A program made the translations under genes and the position numbers. 64,000 nt of DNA from a virus (Duplodnaviria > Caudoviricetes). The notes below the pieces were generated by a model. The model was not told the origin of the DNA. It was given only the letters and a program-made list of their open reading frames with translations, and searched no databases. This document shows positions 45,482 to 55,048 of this stretch, one piece after another (positions within the stretch are counted from its first letter, which is position 1; every line of letters starts with the position of its first letter). The stretch covers positions 23,857 through 87,856 of IMG/VR virus record IMGVR_UViG_3300020576_004352, one strand, 5' to 3'.

Positions 45482-46765
45482 ATGACACGTATGACTTCCG
45501 GCACTCGAAGCCGTAATGAAGATGAGGTTGAGGAAAAGCCCGATGTTTCGGCAGGTTACCGAGGCCGGGCAGCACTTGACCGTTATGCGGATGAAGAGCG
45601 CAAAGCCAAAGAGCGGCGCAATACTCCGTTGATGCCTTTCCGTTTCCGTGCGGAGTATGGGCCGGACGCCCAGCCATGCCCGATCATAATTCTCGATAAG
45701 AAGATCGATGATATTTTTTTCCTGTACGAGCACTCTGTGCAGGACGATCAGGGCCGCTGGGGTAAAACCGAAGTATGCATCAAAGAACATGATGTGGGCT
45801 GCCCCCTCTGCCAGCTCGAGGGTGGGAAGAACTCGAAGGTTGGCAGGTCGACGTATGTCATGCTGCTGACCATTCTTGACCTCCGCCCTTACAAGAACAA
45901 AGACGGTAAGAAAATCCCGTACAGTAAGCGCATCTTTGCTGTCAAGGGCAGTCAGATTGGCGACTGGATGAAGATTTTTGACCGGGCCGAGCAGAAGTTC
46001 GGCACCCTGCGTGGTCTTTATCTTGAGGTCATGCGTAATGACAAACAGGACGCCAGCACAGGTAAGCCTCAGCTTCTGGACAACGATATGCTGTTTGACC
46101 ATATCAAGGAAAAAGAGCTGCTTGCGGACTATGGCCACGATGCTGTGGTTGGCGACAATAACAAGGTCATCAAGAAAGCGGACGAGGATGTCACCCCGTT
46201 TAGCTTTGATGCCTTGTTCAAGCGTCCCTCCTATGATGAGCTGGCCCGGCGTTACGGCGTTAAATCGAACCGTGCCGGATCAGCATCTGATGTGAATGAC
46301 GCGGAGTGGGAACGCCCGTCTCGCCGTCGTGCTGTCGCGGAGGAAGCCGAGGAGGACGCACCACGTCCGAGCCGCTCCCGCCGTGTGACGCAGGCTGATA
46401 TTCCCGAAGCTGAAGAGCATGAGGAGGATAACGCCCCGCCCCCGCCTCGCCGTACCCGGCAGGAGCCTGCCGAGGCTGAGGAGGAGGCCCCGGCCCGGAG
46501 CACTCGGTCGCGTGCAGTAGTGGCCGAGAAGGATGAACCGGCATCTCGTACCCGCCGTCGTGTGGCTGAGCCAGAGCCGGAGGAAGTGGAAGAGGAGGTG
46601 GAGCCAGCTCCCCGCCGTACTCGCACCGCAGCCCCCGCAGCAGCCCCGGCCCGCAAGCGCCAGCCGGAGCCTGAGGAGGCCGAAGAAGAAGCGCCACGTC
46701 GTGTGTCGGCTCGGAGCCGTAGCCGGGTGGCGTCAACGGATACTGATGAGAATGACGTGTTCTAA
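45482..46765 (+). CDS. Putative gp32-like single-stranded DNA-binding protein with long disordered Arg/Glu tail
   Basis: H...C...CPLC zinc site, aromatic-rich core, acidic-aromatic C-terminus DENDVF. Confidence 0.6.
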   Translation: MTRMTSGTRSRNEDEVEEKPDVSAGYRGRAALDRYADEERKAKERRNTPLMPFRFRAEYGPDAQPCPIIILDKKIDDIFFLYEHSVQDDQGRWGKTEVCIKEHDVGCPLCQLEGGKNSKVGRSTYVMLLTILDLRPYKNKDGKKIPYSKRIFAVKGSQIGDWMKIFDRAEQKFGTLRGLYLEVMRNDKQDASTGKPQLLDNDMLFDHIKEKELLADYGHDAVVGDNNKVIKKADEDVTPFSFDALFKRPSYDELARRYGVKSNRAGSASDVNDAEWERPSRRRAVAEEAEEDAPRPSRSRRVTQADIPEAEEHEEDNAPPPPRRTRQEPAEAEEEAPARSTRSRAVVAEKDEPASRTRRRVAEPEPEEVEEEVEPAPRRTRTAAPAAAPARKRQPEPEEAEEEAPRRVSARSRSRVASTDTDENDVF

Positions 46766-46778
46766 TCGGTGAGGTGGC

Positions 46779-46810
46779 AGCCCTGCTGTGGGAGTTTCTC
46801 ATGGCGGGGC
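46779..46810 (+). terminator. Long hairpin after the SSB gene
   Basis: GCCCTGCTGTGGGAG-TTT-CTCATGGCGGGGC with G-U pairs. Confidence 0.35.
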
Positions 46811-46855
46811 AGTCACTGTCCTTTATCAAATAGAGTAGTGTGACAAGGAATTAGT

Positions 46856-48280
46856 ATGGCGCGTAAGTGTATTTTATCCAGCATGTACTATGTTCCCGTG
46901 GAGGTCATTCCCGACCTTGCCGCGCTGAAAAAGCGTCTGACCATTAATCCCATTTGGTTTAATCGTAACGAGGCTCGCCCTCGACCCATATTGCAGTACG
47001 TTTTAACAGACGATGATTATGTGGGTGTCCCGGTGTGGTTTGGGCTCGAGAATTATCACCATCTCCCTCTCATCATTCGTACCTCTAAGGGAGGTGAGTT
47101 GCACGCTCCGAAGCGTCCTGACCCGAACCACGAGAAGGTGCATAACAAGGCTGCGCAGGCCAAATTCTTTGCGGATACGATCAAGCATTTTGAGACGTTT
47201 CCTGCCGGGCTTGCAGTAGCGGGTACAGGTACGGGCAAGACGATCTGTGCTCTGAACCTAGCGGCAGAGCGTGGCCGCAGCACACTGGTTATTACTGATC
47301 GGGAGTTTCTTGGTTTTGAGCAGTGGATACCCGAGGCAAAAGAGAAGCTGGGTCTTGTGGACGCACAGATTGGTATTGTGCAGGGAAATATCTGCCAGTA
47401 TGATCGAGAGTTTGTGGTGGGCATGGCCGCCAGCATCATTAAGAACATATATCCCGATGAGTTTTACTCTGCTTTTGGTACTCTGATACTGGACGAGCTG
47501 CACAAGTTTGCGGCTCCGGGTATGTCAACTATTCTATCCATGTTTTCGGCGGAGGTTAAGCTGGGCCAGACTGCCACGCCAAAGCGCAGTGATGGCACGC
47601 AGCAAATATTTCTTGATTACTTTGGCCCCTGCCAGATCAAGGCCGAGGGCAGTGCGCTGCACTGTCAGGTCAAGGTGGTAGATTATGAGGACGAGGACGG
47701 AAGGCCCATGCCCGGCTCCCACGGTGCTCGTATGCAGCGGCTGGCTCGTGACGATAATCGTAGCAGGGTGTTGGTCAAAGAGATCATGGAAATGTATAAC
47801 GAGGGTCGACAAATTCTGGTTATAGGCGATGACATTAAGCACTTGCAGAGGCTCGAGCAGATGTGCTGGGCAAAGGGTGTTCCGAAAGACCGCACTGGTC
47901 AGTTCTCCCGCGAGCGGTATATCATGACCAACGAGCCGGGCGAGCATCACGGGCAGAAGGTTGTTATCAAGCGGCAGAAAAAAGCGCGTGTTACAAACGA
48001 TTATCTGAACTGGTGTAAGCACCATGCCCGTTTGATCTTCAGCACCTACGGGATGATGAAGGAGGGGGTCGATATCCCCCGTCTCGATGGCGGCATTGAC
48101 GTGACCCCTCGCCGTGAAGCTGTGCAGGTGATTGGCCGTATCCGCAGGCCATTACCGGGAAAGAGAGTACCTAAGTGGGTGACAGTGCGGGACACCGCAC
48201 ATAAGAGCTTGATGGGGTATTTCGAGGAGCGGATGCGCGACTATAAAAGTTCAAACGTGGAGGTAATAGACAATGACTAA
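46856..48280 (+). CDS. Superfamily 2 helicase (UvsW/XPB-like)
   Basis: AGTGTGKT, ILDELH, GQTATPKRSDG, EGVDIPRLD, QVIGRIRR. Confidence 0.88.
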   Translation: MARKCILSSMYYVPVEVIPDLAALKKRLTINPIWFNRNEARPRPILQYVLTDDDYVGVPVWFGLENYHHLPLIIRTSKGGELHAPKRPDPNHEKVHNKAAQAKFFADTIKHFETFPAGLAVAGTGTGKTICALNLAAERGRSTLVITDREFLGFEQWIPEAKEKLGLVDAQIGIVQGNICQYDREFVVGMAASIIKNIYPDEFYSAFGTLILDELHKFAAPGMSTILSMFSAEVKLGQTATPKRSDGTQQIFLDYFGPCQIKAEGSALHCQVKVVDYEDEDGRPMPGSHGARMQRLARDDNRSRVLVKEIMEMYNEGRQILVIGDDIKHLQRLEQMCWAKGVPKDRTGQFSRERYIMTNEPGEHHGQKVVIKRQKKARVTNDYLNWCKHHARLIFSTYGMMKEGVDIPRLDGGIDVTPRREAVQVIGRIRRPLPGKRVPKWVTVRDTAHKSLMGYFEERMRDYKSSNVEVIDND

Positions 48281-48827
48281 GCCAGTTAAGAAAAAAGAAA
48301 AGGCGAAGGTGCTGCAAGCTGACAAGGATAGACCTTGGTATAGGGGATACCTTAAGCGGCTCAACACAGCCCGCCGTACCGAGTACCGGGCCAATTCTAA
48401 GGTACGGGAGACCAAGATTGAGAAGTCGCGGCAGGCTTACCGGGACAAGGTCGGGCTGGTGCTCACGGACTGCCGTGAAAACCTTGGCCGGTTGGCAGAG
48501 ATCGGCACGGTCAGACTGGTGCACGGTCGCGGAGCTCGGGCACTACTTACCTTCACTCTGCCCGAGCTGGCCGAGGCGCTGATGGTGTCTCCCCTGTCGA
48601 TCTACCGGTGGAAGAAATCAGGGATATTCCCTGCACCATATTTCAGGATGCACTACGCCCCCAGAACGTGCGTTTACGTCGAGAAAGAGGTGCGTCTCTA
48701 CCTGAAGATTTTGGGCCCGCACCAGACCAAGGTTGCGCAGTATGGTTCGCGGCACACAGACGTGCAGCTGGCCTTATTTGCTGCCGCTGAAAAGGCGAGG
48801 TTAGCCATGAAGGGAGAAAAAGGATGA
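48273..48827 (+). CDS. MerR/excisionase-type HTH protein
   Basis: FTLPELAEALMVSPLSIYRWKKSGIFPAP. Confidence 0.6.
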   Translation: MTKPVKKKEKAKVLQADKDRPWYRGYLKRLNTARRTEYRANSKVRETKIEKSRQAYRDKVGLVLTDCRENLGRLAEIGTVRLVHGRGARALLTFTLPELAEALMVSPLSIYRWKKSGIFPAPYFRMHYAPRTCVYVEKEVRLYLKILGPHQTKVAQYGSRHTDVQLALFAAAEKARLAMKGEKG

Positions 48828-49165
48828 TTACAAAACCCAAGGCAGCCGTGAGAGATCGGCATCGTCATGAGGGCACAGAAGCGCAGCATACCGTTCGCCG
48901 CGTATCCGGCAGAGATCAGGTCGAGCGTGACGACGTGCGCAAGATACCGATTGACCATGTGCAGGAGCTCGCGCATGTGGCCAAGGTGCGGGTCGAGGGC
49001 AGCGTCACCAAGAACCTCGGTGACTTTAACAGTGTGCGTATCGGCGTGGCGGTTGAGTGGCCCTGCGCACCTACCGAGAAGGCGGTAGCGGACACCTATA
49101 AGTTCCTGAGCGACAAGGTGGACACCATGATTAGTGAGGAGTTACGGATCGCTGTTGGTGAGTGA
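48824..49165 (+). CDS. Conserved phage hypothetical protein
   Basis: VTKNLGDFNSVRIGV motif. Confidence 0.55.
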   Translation: MITKPKAAVRDRHRHEGTEAQHTVRRVSGRDQVERDDVRKIPIDHVQELAHVAKVRVEGSVTKNLGDFNSVRIGVAVEWPCAPTEKAVADTYKFLSDKVDTMISEELRIAVGE

Positions 49166-49172
49166 TATTTTT

Positions 49173-49186
49173 TGAACCCCGGTTCA
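49173..49186. promoter_or_regulatory. Palindromic site TGAACCCCGGTTCA
   Basis: Just upstream of the recA RBS. Confidence 0.75.
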
Positions 49187-49198
49187 CTGGAGACAAAT

Positions 49199-50371
49199 AT
49201 GGTCAAAGAAGTAGCCCCGCGCACTCGTGAGCGCACCCGGTCTAATCCCGGTGGTGAGGGTAGCGAAATCGGTAAAATGATGGACGATGTTAAAAAGCGC
49301 ATGGGCGAGGGGGTGGTCAGTCTCGGTATGGCAGATGTTGCCACCACCTTTATCGAGACGGGGGTTTTCCTGCTTGATATGGGATTGCTGGGCGGGGTGG
49401 CAGAGAGCCGCATTACGCAAATCTACGGGCACAGTGCAGCAGGGAAGACGACCATATCTTCACGTCTGGTGGCGGCAGCCCAGAGAAAGCATCCCGACAA
49501 GGTGGCCGTGCTGCTCGATGTGGAGGGCACATTTGACCGGCAATGGGGCGAGCGTGCCGGTATCGACAGTGATCGCCTTGTGTACGTGCAGCCAGAGACA
49601 GGCGAGCAGGCTGTGGATATTCTTGAGGCGTCTATCCGATCAGTGGAGAGCTGCATCATTGTTCTGGACAGCCTTCCCGCACTGGTGCCTCAGACCATTA
49701 TTGAGCGTAGCGCAGAGGATAAGACAATGGCGGCACGGGCTGCTTTGATCGGAGTGGCCTGCTCGAAGATGCTTGCCTCTCTGGCGGCAGAGCGCAAACG
49801 CAAGCACTACCCCGCAATCATCATGACCAACCAGTGGCGCAGCAAGGTCGGCTTTGTCATGGGTAACCCGAATATCCTACCGGGCGGGCAGCAGCCTCGA
49901 TATGCCAGCAGTGCCATGATCGAGATCAAGAAACGCAAAGAGGAGATGGGTAAAGACCGGTACGATAACGACGTGTCCCTGTATAACGAGCACGCTTTTG
50001 ATATCGACAAGAGCAAGGCCGGGGCCAGTGTAAGGCAGGGCGAGTTCCGGCTTGTCACAGCAGACGAGTACGAGTGCCTTGACGCTCCCGGTCTGCGCCT
50101 GCCTGCGGGGTCTGTTGACGACTACAAAGTGGTGGCGACCTACGCAAAGCGTATGGGTTTTATCACAGGTGGAGGGGCCAGCTGGACTATTGATGGGATT
50201 GACCGCAAGTTTAATAAGGTCGAGACGATTGTGCGGTTCTTGGCGGAGAGCCCGGAAGAATTCATTCTTCTGAAACGCAAGATGATCGCACTGAGGAGAT
50301 CGGATATTGGATTGCCTCCCATCCCCCGTGACGGGTATTTGCTTGGTTATGTACCCAAGGGGAGGAAGTGA
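49199..50371 (+). CDS. recA: RecA/UvsX-like recombinase
   Basis: IYGHSAAGKT, LDVEGTFD, QPETGEQA, VLDSLPAL, TNQWRSKVG...GNP; ATG 49199 with GGAGA RBS. Confidence 0.92.
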   Translation: MVKEVAPRTRERTRSNPGGEGSEIGKMMDDVKKRMGEGVVSLGMADVATTFIETGVFLLDMGLLGGVAESRITQIYGHSAAGKTTISSRLVAAAQRKHPDKVAVLLDVEGTFDRQWGERAGIDSDRLVYVQPETGEQAVDILEASIRSVESCIIVLDSLPALVPQTIIERSAEDKTMAARAALIGVACSKMLASLAAERKRKHYPAIIMTNQWRSKVGFVMGNPNILPGGQQPRYASSAMIEIKKRKEEMGKDRYDNDVSLYNEHAFDIDKSKAGASVRQGEFRLVTADEYECLDAPGLRLPAGSVDDYKVVATYAKRMGFITGGGASWTIDGIDRKFNKVETIVRFLAESPEEFILLKRKMIALRRSDIGLPPIPRDGYLLGYVPKGRK

Positions 50372-50736
50372 TGCTGGCCGTCCCTAAGAGCCTTGCGGGC
50401 GTCAAGAAGGCCGCGCATGTGCGCAGCAGTAAGCAGGAGACTGAGTTGGCTTCCCGGCTGGGAGGGAAGCGCGTTAAAGGATCGGGGTGCGGATTTGATA
50501 AAGGAGATGTGCGCATTAGAGGCTTGGCACTTATTGAGGCAAAGACTACCGAGAGAAAGTCGTACACGCTCACCCGTGAGGTGGCGCGGAAGATCGAAGA
50601 TGCCGCCACGAGTGGAGGAGAGGTGCCCATGATCGCTATCGAGTTCATTGATAGTAAAGGTAAACCGGAACACAGACTAGTCGTGATGCCAATGTGGGCA
50701 TTAGAAATGCTGCTGGGCACAAATGTTACTTCGTAA
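50371..50736 (+). CDS. Hjc-like PD-(D/E)xK nuclease
   Basis: QETELA..LGG..V.GSG...KGDV...LIEAKTT. Confidence 0.7.
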   Translation: MLAVPKSLAGVKKAAHVRSSKQETELASRLGGKRVKGSGCGFDKGDVRIRGLALIEAKTTERKSYTLTREVARKIEDAATSGGEVPMIAIEFIDSKGKPEHRLVVMPMWALEMLLGTNVTS

Positions 50737-51682
50737 TTTATCGCACACGGCCCGCACACGGGTCGACAGGGCAAACCTGGAAGCGCAGGAAGCTCCGCGT
50801 CAACGGCCCGCTCCTGATGTGCTGGCACCTGTGGGGCAGGATGCCTTTGATCCCACCACCTTGGAGGAGCTCCCTCCTAACCTCATAAGCCGAGTGGTAG
50901 GTACGCAGGACAGCCTGCCGGAGCGCACTCGGCATAATGTTGGGTACATGCACCTATCAGCTCTGCTTAAGGAGGTGTGCCCTCGGCAGATGCGCTTGAG
51001 CGACCTCAACGCTGATCGTGCCGTGTATCAGGACGCTACAGGTGGACACCGCGTCATGTGGAAACTTGGCCGGGCAGTTGAAGCGCATGTTCGTGAAAGT
51101 TTTATCAAGGGCGTGCAGGGCAAGGGGGTTTATGGGGCATGGTCATGCCAATGCGGCCGAACCCGTGAAGAGGGGTTGTTCTCTTCGGAATGGCCTCGCT
51201 GCCCTCGCTGCGGAGAGCCTCCTATGAAGTACAGCGAGCTGACCATCTTTGACCACGAGGCTGGGATAAGTGGCAGCCCTGACTTCCCTCTGGTGATTAA
51301 TCGCTTGCTGCATGTGGGGGAGATCAAATCCATGAACGGGGATGAATTTGACGGGCTGACCGCACCGCTCCCGGATCACATATTTCAGGCCGCAGGGTAT
51401 CGCAGGTTATTCGCGTTGAATGGGAGGCCCGTAGCCGACAAGGTGATCATTCATTACACCACCAAGAAGTTCAAGTTTGGCTCACCCTATAAAGAGTTTC
51501 ATGTGAACGTCAACACGACAGAGATCAACAGAGTACTTGATGGAGTGTGGGCACGAGCTCTCGAGATCAAGCAGCATCGGCTTAATAATACCCTGCCGCC
51601 CCGTGTGATGTGCCAGACCACCAATGCTACTAAGGCGCGGAAGTGTCCGCATGTAACAGACTGTTTTTCTAGGAGCTGTTGA
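50723..51682 (+). CDS. Cas4-like PD-(D/E)xK exonuclease
   Basis: HLSALL..VCPRQ, SGSPDF, GEIKS, HIFQ...Y, C-terminal C..C..CP..C cluster. Confidence 0.7.
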   Translation: MLLRNLSHTARTRVDRANLEAQEAPRQRPAPDVLAPVGQDAFDPTTLEELPPNLISRVVGTQDSLPERTRHNVGYMHLSALLKEVCPRQMRLSDLNADRAVYQDATGGHRVMWKLGRAVEAHVRESFIKGVQGKGVYGAWSCQCGRTREEGLFSSEWPRCPRCGEPPMKYSELTIFDHEAGISGSPDFPLVINRLLHVGEIKSMNGDEFDGLTAPLPDHIFQAAGYRRLFALNGRPVADKVIIHYTTKKFKFGSPYKEFHVNVNTTEINRVLDGVWARALEIKQHRLNNTLPPRVMCQTTNATKARKCPHVTDCFSRSC

Positions 51683-52263
51683 TGAGCAAAGTATTCATTG
51701 GCATTGATGCCAGCCTATCTCGCACAGGGTTATCCTTTACTGATGGTCTTGGTCACTTTGTAAAGAGCATGACAGTATCTGCGCCAAAGGACATGCGCGG
51801 CATGCCACGGCTCGATAACCTTCTGGCTCAGCTGACCAAGATAATGGACGAGTGCCCCAATCTTGCAGGGGCGGCCATAGAGGGTTATGCCTTCGGCGTG
51901 CGTGGGGGAAGGCTTGCCGATCTGGCGGAGTGGGGCGGGCTTATCCGCATACTGCTTTATAGGCTGCGCATCCCCACTATTGTAGTACCACCAATGACCC
52001 TGAAGAAATTCCTGCACGATGGGAAGTTGGAGAAAAATCAGGTGTTGTTGCAGGTCTATAAACAATACGGACACTCTTTTGACACAGACGATGAGGCGGA
52101 TGCTTTTGTGTTGTCCGAAATGGCCCGTAGCTGGGTGCTTAGCTCTGATGATTTGCCCACCCGTAAAAAAGAGGCCTTGCAAAAAAGTTCTGTGTTGGTA
52201 TCTAAAAAACCTGTGAGAGAGCGTGAGCGCAACACAAAAAGTTTGAACCCCGGTTCAAACTAG
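51682..52263 (+). CDS. ruvC: RuvC-like Holliday junction resolvase
   Basis: IGIDASLSRTG, AIEGY, PMTLKKF, DDEADA. Confidence 0.85.
   Translation: MSKVFIGIDASLSRTGLSFTDGLGHFVKSMTVSAPKDMRGMPRLDNLLAQLTKIMDECPNLAGAAIEGYAFGVRGGRLADLAEWGGLIRILLYRLRIPTIVVPPMTLKKFLHDGKLEKNQVLLQVYKQYGHSFDTDDEADAFVLSEMARSWVLSSDDLPTRKKEALQKSSVLVSKKPVRERERNTKSLNPGSN
52244..52257. promoter_or_regulatory. Palindromic site TGAACCCCGGTTCA
   Basis: 8 bp upstream of P6. Confidence 0.75.
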
Positions 52264-52265
52264 CA

Positions 52266-52295
52266 CTTGACAAAAAAACTGTTATGCACTATGTT
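52266..52295 (+). promoter_or_regulatory. Promoter P6
   Basis: CTTGACA-N17-TATGTT. Confidence 0.75.
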
Positions 52296-52338
52296 GTGCG
52301 TATCAAATGTTGATTTTAACTGGAGAGAGGAACCTAAA

Positions 52339-53559
52339 ATGACGAAGAACACGGTAGCAATCAAGAAGGGCGACCGGCTTACGTTTAAGGGGTACACCGA
52401 CCTTGGAGACGGCATGGAGCCGCTCTTCGAGGAAGGCGACACCCTTATCGCTGCCGAGGTCACCAAGGACAAGAATGGTGATGTGAAGGTTAAGGCCTAT
52501 AAGGAAGGCGGCGATAAGGATGAGATTGATACTCTCTTCTACCCTGATGAGGTGGATTTGGCCTCTGACGACGCTGACGAAGAGGCCGAGGAAACCGATG
52601 AGGTTGAGGCTGACGAGGAAGAGGCCGATGAGGCTGAAGCCGATGAAGCGGAGGAAGAGGTTGAGGAGGTAAAGCCTGTCAAGACCAAGGCCAAAGCGGT
52701 AGCCAAGACCAAGGAAGAGGCTCCGGCGAAAGCCAAGGCCAAGCCTGCCCCGGCACCTGCTCGCACACAGGAAGAGGCTGAACAGCAGCCCATCCACCAC
52801 ACCAAGACCGTGGCCAAACTGCTCAAGAAGGCAGACAGCGGAGACGGCATTCTCGAGGCAGCCAAGGCCCTGCGTGTGCAGGGTGAGCAGACCAAGTTCA
52901 ATCTTGGTGGCGTGTTGGCTGAAATCCAGAGCAAGAAGTCCTACGTTGCTGCTGGATACACGGGCGAGAGTGGCTGGCAGGATTATCTGCGCGACGAGCT
53001 CAATGTAGAGTATCGCAGTGCGATGTACTACATCGAGATTTACAAGACGTGCAGCGAGCTCGGGATTGATGAAGAGCGCATTGCGCATATCGGGTGGACG
53101 AAGCTGCGCAGTGTGGTGAAGGTCGCCCGTAAAATCACGGATAAGCAGCTCGACAAGTTGCTTGAGCGTGCCGGTAAGCTGACCCGTGATGAGCTCGATG
53201 CCTATATCGACAAGAATTTTGTCGGTAGCGGGGCTTCCCCGGAGCGCATCGCCAAGGTCACCTACAAGTTCACGGCGATGGGTGATGAGGCAGAGTACAT
53301 CAACAACTCCATCGCCCGTGCGCAGGAGCTCGTTGAAGGTGGCGACGTTAACTCGGCCATGAAGCACATTATTCGCGAGTGGGCTATGCTTGCGGACGGT
53401 GTCGAGATGAAGCTCGAGGACGGCCTGAAGGCCCTTGAAACCCGGTTCGGTGTCAAGCTGGTGGTGGCTGGAGAGCCCGAAGTCGAGGCAGAGGAAGAGG
53501 TCGAGGAGACTGAAGAGGCTCCTGCCAAGGCCAAAAAGGCTGCCGCGAAGCGCAAGTAA
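52339..53559 (+). CDS. Putative abundant DNA-binding protein: SH3-like N-terminus, acidic/Lys linker, DUF3102/ParB-HTH-like domain
   Basis: GGVLAEIQ...WQDYL..ELNVEYRSAMYYIEIY...IGWTKLR; histone-like AKKAAAKRK tail. Confidence 0.55.
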   Translation: MTKNTVAIKKGDRLTFKGYTDLGDGMEPLFEEGDTLIAAEVTKDKNGDVKVKAYKEGGDKDEIDTLFYPDEVDLASDDADEEAEETDEVEADEEEADEAEADEAEEEVEEVKPVKTKAKAVAKTKEEAPAKAKAKPAPAPARTQEEAEQQPIHHTKTVAKLLKKADSGDGILEAAKALRVQGEQTKFNLGGVLAEIQSKKSYVAAGYTGESGWQDYLRDELNVEYRSAMYYIEIYKTCSELGIDEERIAHIGWTKLRSVVKVARKITDKQLDKLLERAGKLTRDELDAYIDKNFVGSGASPERIAKVTYKFTAMGDEAEYINNSIARAQELVEGGDVNSAMKHIIREWAMLADGVEMKLEDGLKALETRFGVKLVVAGEPEVEAEEEVEETEEAPAKAKKAAAKRK

Positions 53560-53579
53560 CGAGGCGTGATTTGAAAAGC

Positions 53580-53620
53580 AAGGGCAGTAGGCTATAGTAA
53601 ACCTACTGCCCTTTTTTCTT
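53580..53620 (+). terminator. Intrinsic terminator
   Basis: AAGGGCAGTAGG-N10-CCTACTGCCCTT then TTTTCTT. Confidence 0.8.
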
Positions 53621-53631
53621 GAGAGTGTCTT

Positions 53632-54075
53632 ATGACTGCCCAGTTAAAAAATATCCTGCTGAAACTCACGCTCTTAGTCGGACTTGGCTTTGGCAGAGTT
53701 GAGCAGTATGCGAGGACGGAGGTAAGGCGGTTACTGATCCACAGGATCGTATTTCCGCTATGCCCAGAGCCTCCTCAAGAGCCAGCAGATGATGCTGGCC
53801 CCGCTTGGAGTGACCGCGTCGTACTGCATCGTTTCCGCCCGGTCACACGCTCTTGGGAGCCTATAACCTTGGCAGAACGAAACAGGCTCCGGGTTAACGA
53901 CCTTGTGCGGTTACCCCTGCACGGGTTTATCGCGGCCACAAAAGAGCAAATATTCCACACAGACGAGGATAATTTTATCTTCTGGCGCGTAGCGGATATG
54001 CGTGATGTTGATGGGGATGGTATCCCCCAGCTAATAGTTAAACCGATACAATGGATTAGCAGACGATCTCACTGA
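53632..54075 (+). CDS. Hypothetical protein
   Basis: 147-aa ORF with DVDGDG motif. Confidence 0.45.
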   Translation: MTAQLKNILLKLTLLVGLGFGRVEQYARTEVRRLLIHRIVFPLCPEPPQEPADDAGPAWSDRVVLHRFRPVTRSWEPITLAERNRLRVNDLVRLPLHGFIAATKEQIFHTDEDNFIFWRVADMRDVDGDGIPQLIVKPIQWISRRSH

Positions 54076-54093
54076 CTAACGGGAGTATGTCCT

Positions 54094-54528
54094 ATGGCAA
54101 GGGTTAGAGAACGGTCACGTCCTGCCGCTGTTGTCGCTGTGCTGCCTAAAGAAAACAAGGCAGGATACCGCAGATATATTGAACTGACTTACCGCATCAT
54201 CGAATGTAAAATCATGTACTACTACCCTGACCTGATTAAGGAAGGGTATCACCCCGGCCTTGAGATTTCAGACGATGACTATGATGCTATGGAGATCGAA
54301 TACCTGAAACTCTGCAAAGAGTTAGGCCAAAAGAACACCTTGGTTCACAAAAGGTATCCGGGCTTGGAAGTTGACGGGCCGGGGATGTTCGAGGTGGATT
54401 TCACCCGTCCCATTGTTCACCTAGTCATGCGTAAATTCGGTGTTACGAATTGGCAGCAGAAGTGCGGTATGGCTAACAATGAGGCTCCCGATAAGAAATA
54501 TTTTGCTCACCTGCAAGAAAGCACTTGA
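54094..54528 (+). CDS. Stand-alone NAD-dependent ligase domain Ia-like protein
   Basis: MYYYPD...ISDDDYDAMEIEYLKL; no KxDG adenylation motif. Confidence 0.65.
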   Translation: MARVRERSRPAAVVAVLPKENKAGYRRYIELTYRIIECKIMYYYPDLIKEGYHPGLEISDDDYDAMEIEYLKLCKELGQKNTLVHKRYPGLEVDGPGMFEVDFTRPIVHLVMRKFGVTNWQQKCGMANNEAPDKKYFAHLQEST

Positions 54529-54553
54529 CCAAAAAACTGTTATGGACTATATA
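54524..54553 (+). promoter_or_regulatory. Promoter P7
   Basis: CTTGAC-N17-CTATAT. Confidence 0.8.
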
Positions 54554-54601
54554 TTCAGGTGTTGGAGGGGCACTGGTGCCCGACATAGCTGGAGAGCCAA
54601 A

Positions 54602-55033
54602 ATGACCTACTTAGTTAAAGTTGATAATGAGCGCAGCAGTGCATGGGTGTCGGTTGTAGAGGTTGCCAAGTACGTGCGCAGCCTGCTGAAGCGGAGCTTC
54701 CCGGCTGTGAAATTCTCAGTGACCAGCGACAAATATGCAGGCGGCTCAAGTATCCGCGTGTGTTTTGACGTGCCGGAAGGCTTTGATAAGAAGGCAGTCA
54801 GTGAGGCTATCGGCCACCTGCATGGCCACGGCTTTGATGGGTCTATTGATATGGGGTATTACCGCGAACATTACCTGCTGCCTGACGGCACGATTGTTTA
54901 TGCAGGCACGGGCGGAACCACTGGCAGCGGCGGATACGTTGAGCCGGTCAAGGTGGAGCAGCCAGAAGGCGCTATCAAGGTGAGCCTGAGCAATAGCTTC
55001 ATTTTCTGCACAGCCAATGGTCGCACCATCTAA
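54602..55033 (+). CDS. LPD29-like protein (large polyvalent protein domain)
   Basis: EVAKYVRSLLKRSFPAVKFSV...SSIRV...GFDGSIDM; ATG 54602. Confidence 0.65.
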   Translation: MTYLVKVDNERSSAWVSVVEVAKYVRSLLKRSFPAVKFSVTSDKYAGGSSIRVCFDVPEGFDKKAVSEAIGHLHGHGFDGSIDMGYYREHYLLPDGTIVYAGTGGTTGSGGYVEPVKVEQPEGAIKVSLSNSFIFCTANGRTI

Positions 55034-55048
55034 GGGAGGGCTGACAAG

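Noticed and set aside
50723-51682. Cas4-like gene as part of a CRISPR-Cas locus
   Set aside because: No cas1/cas2 or array; stand-alone Cas4-like nucleases are common in phage recombination modules.
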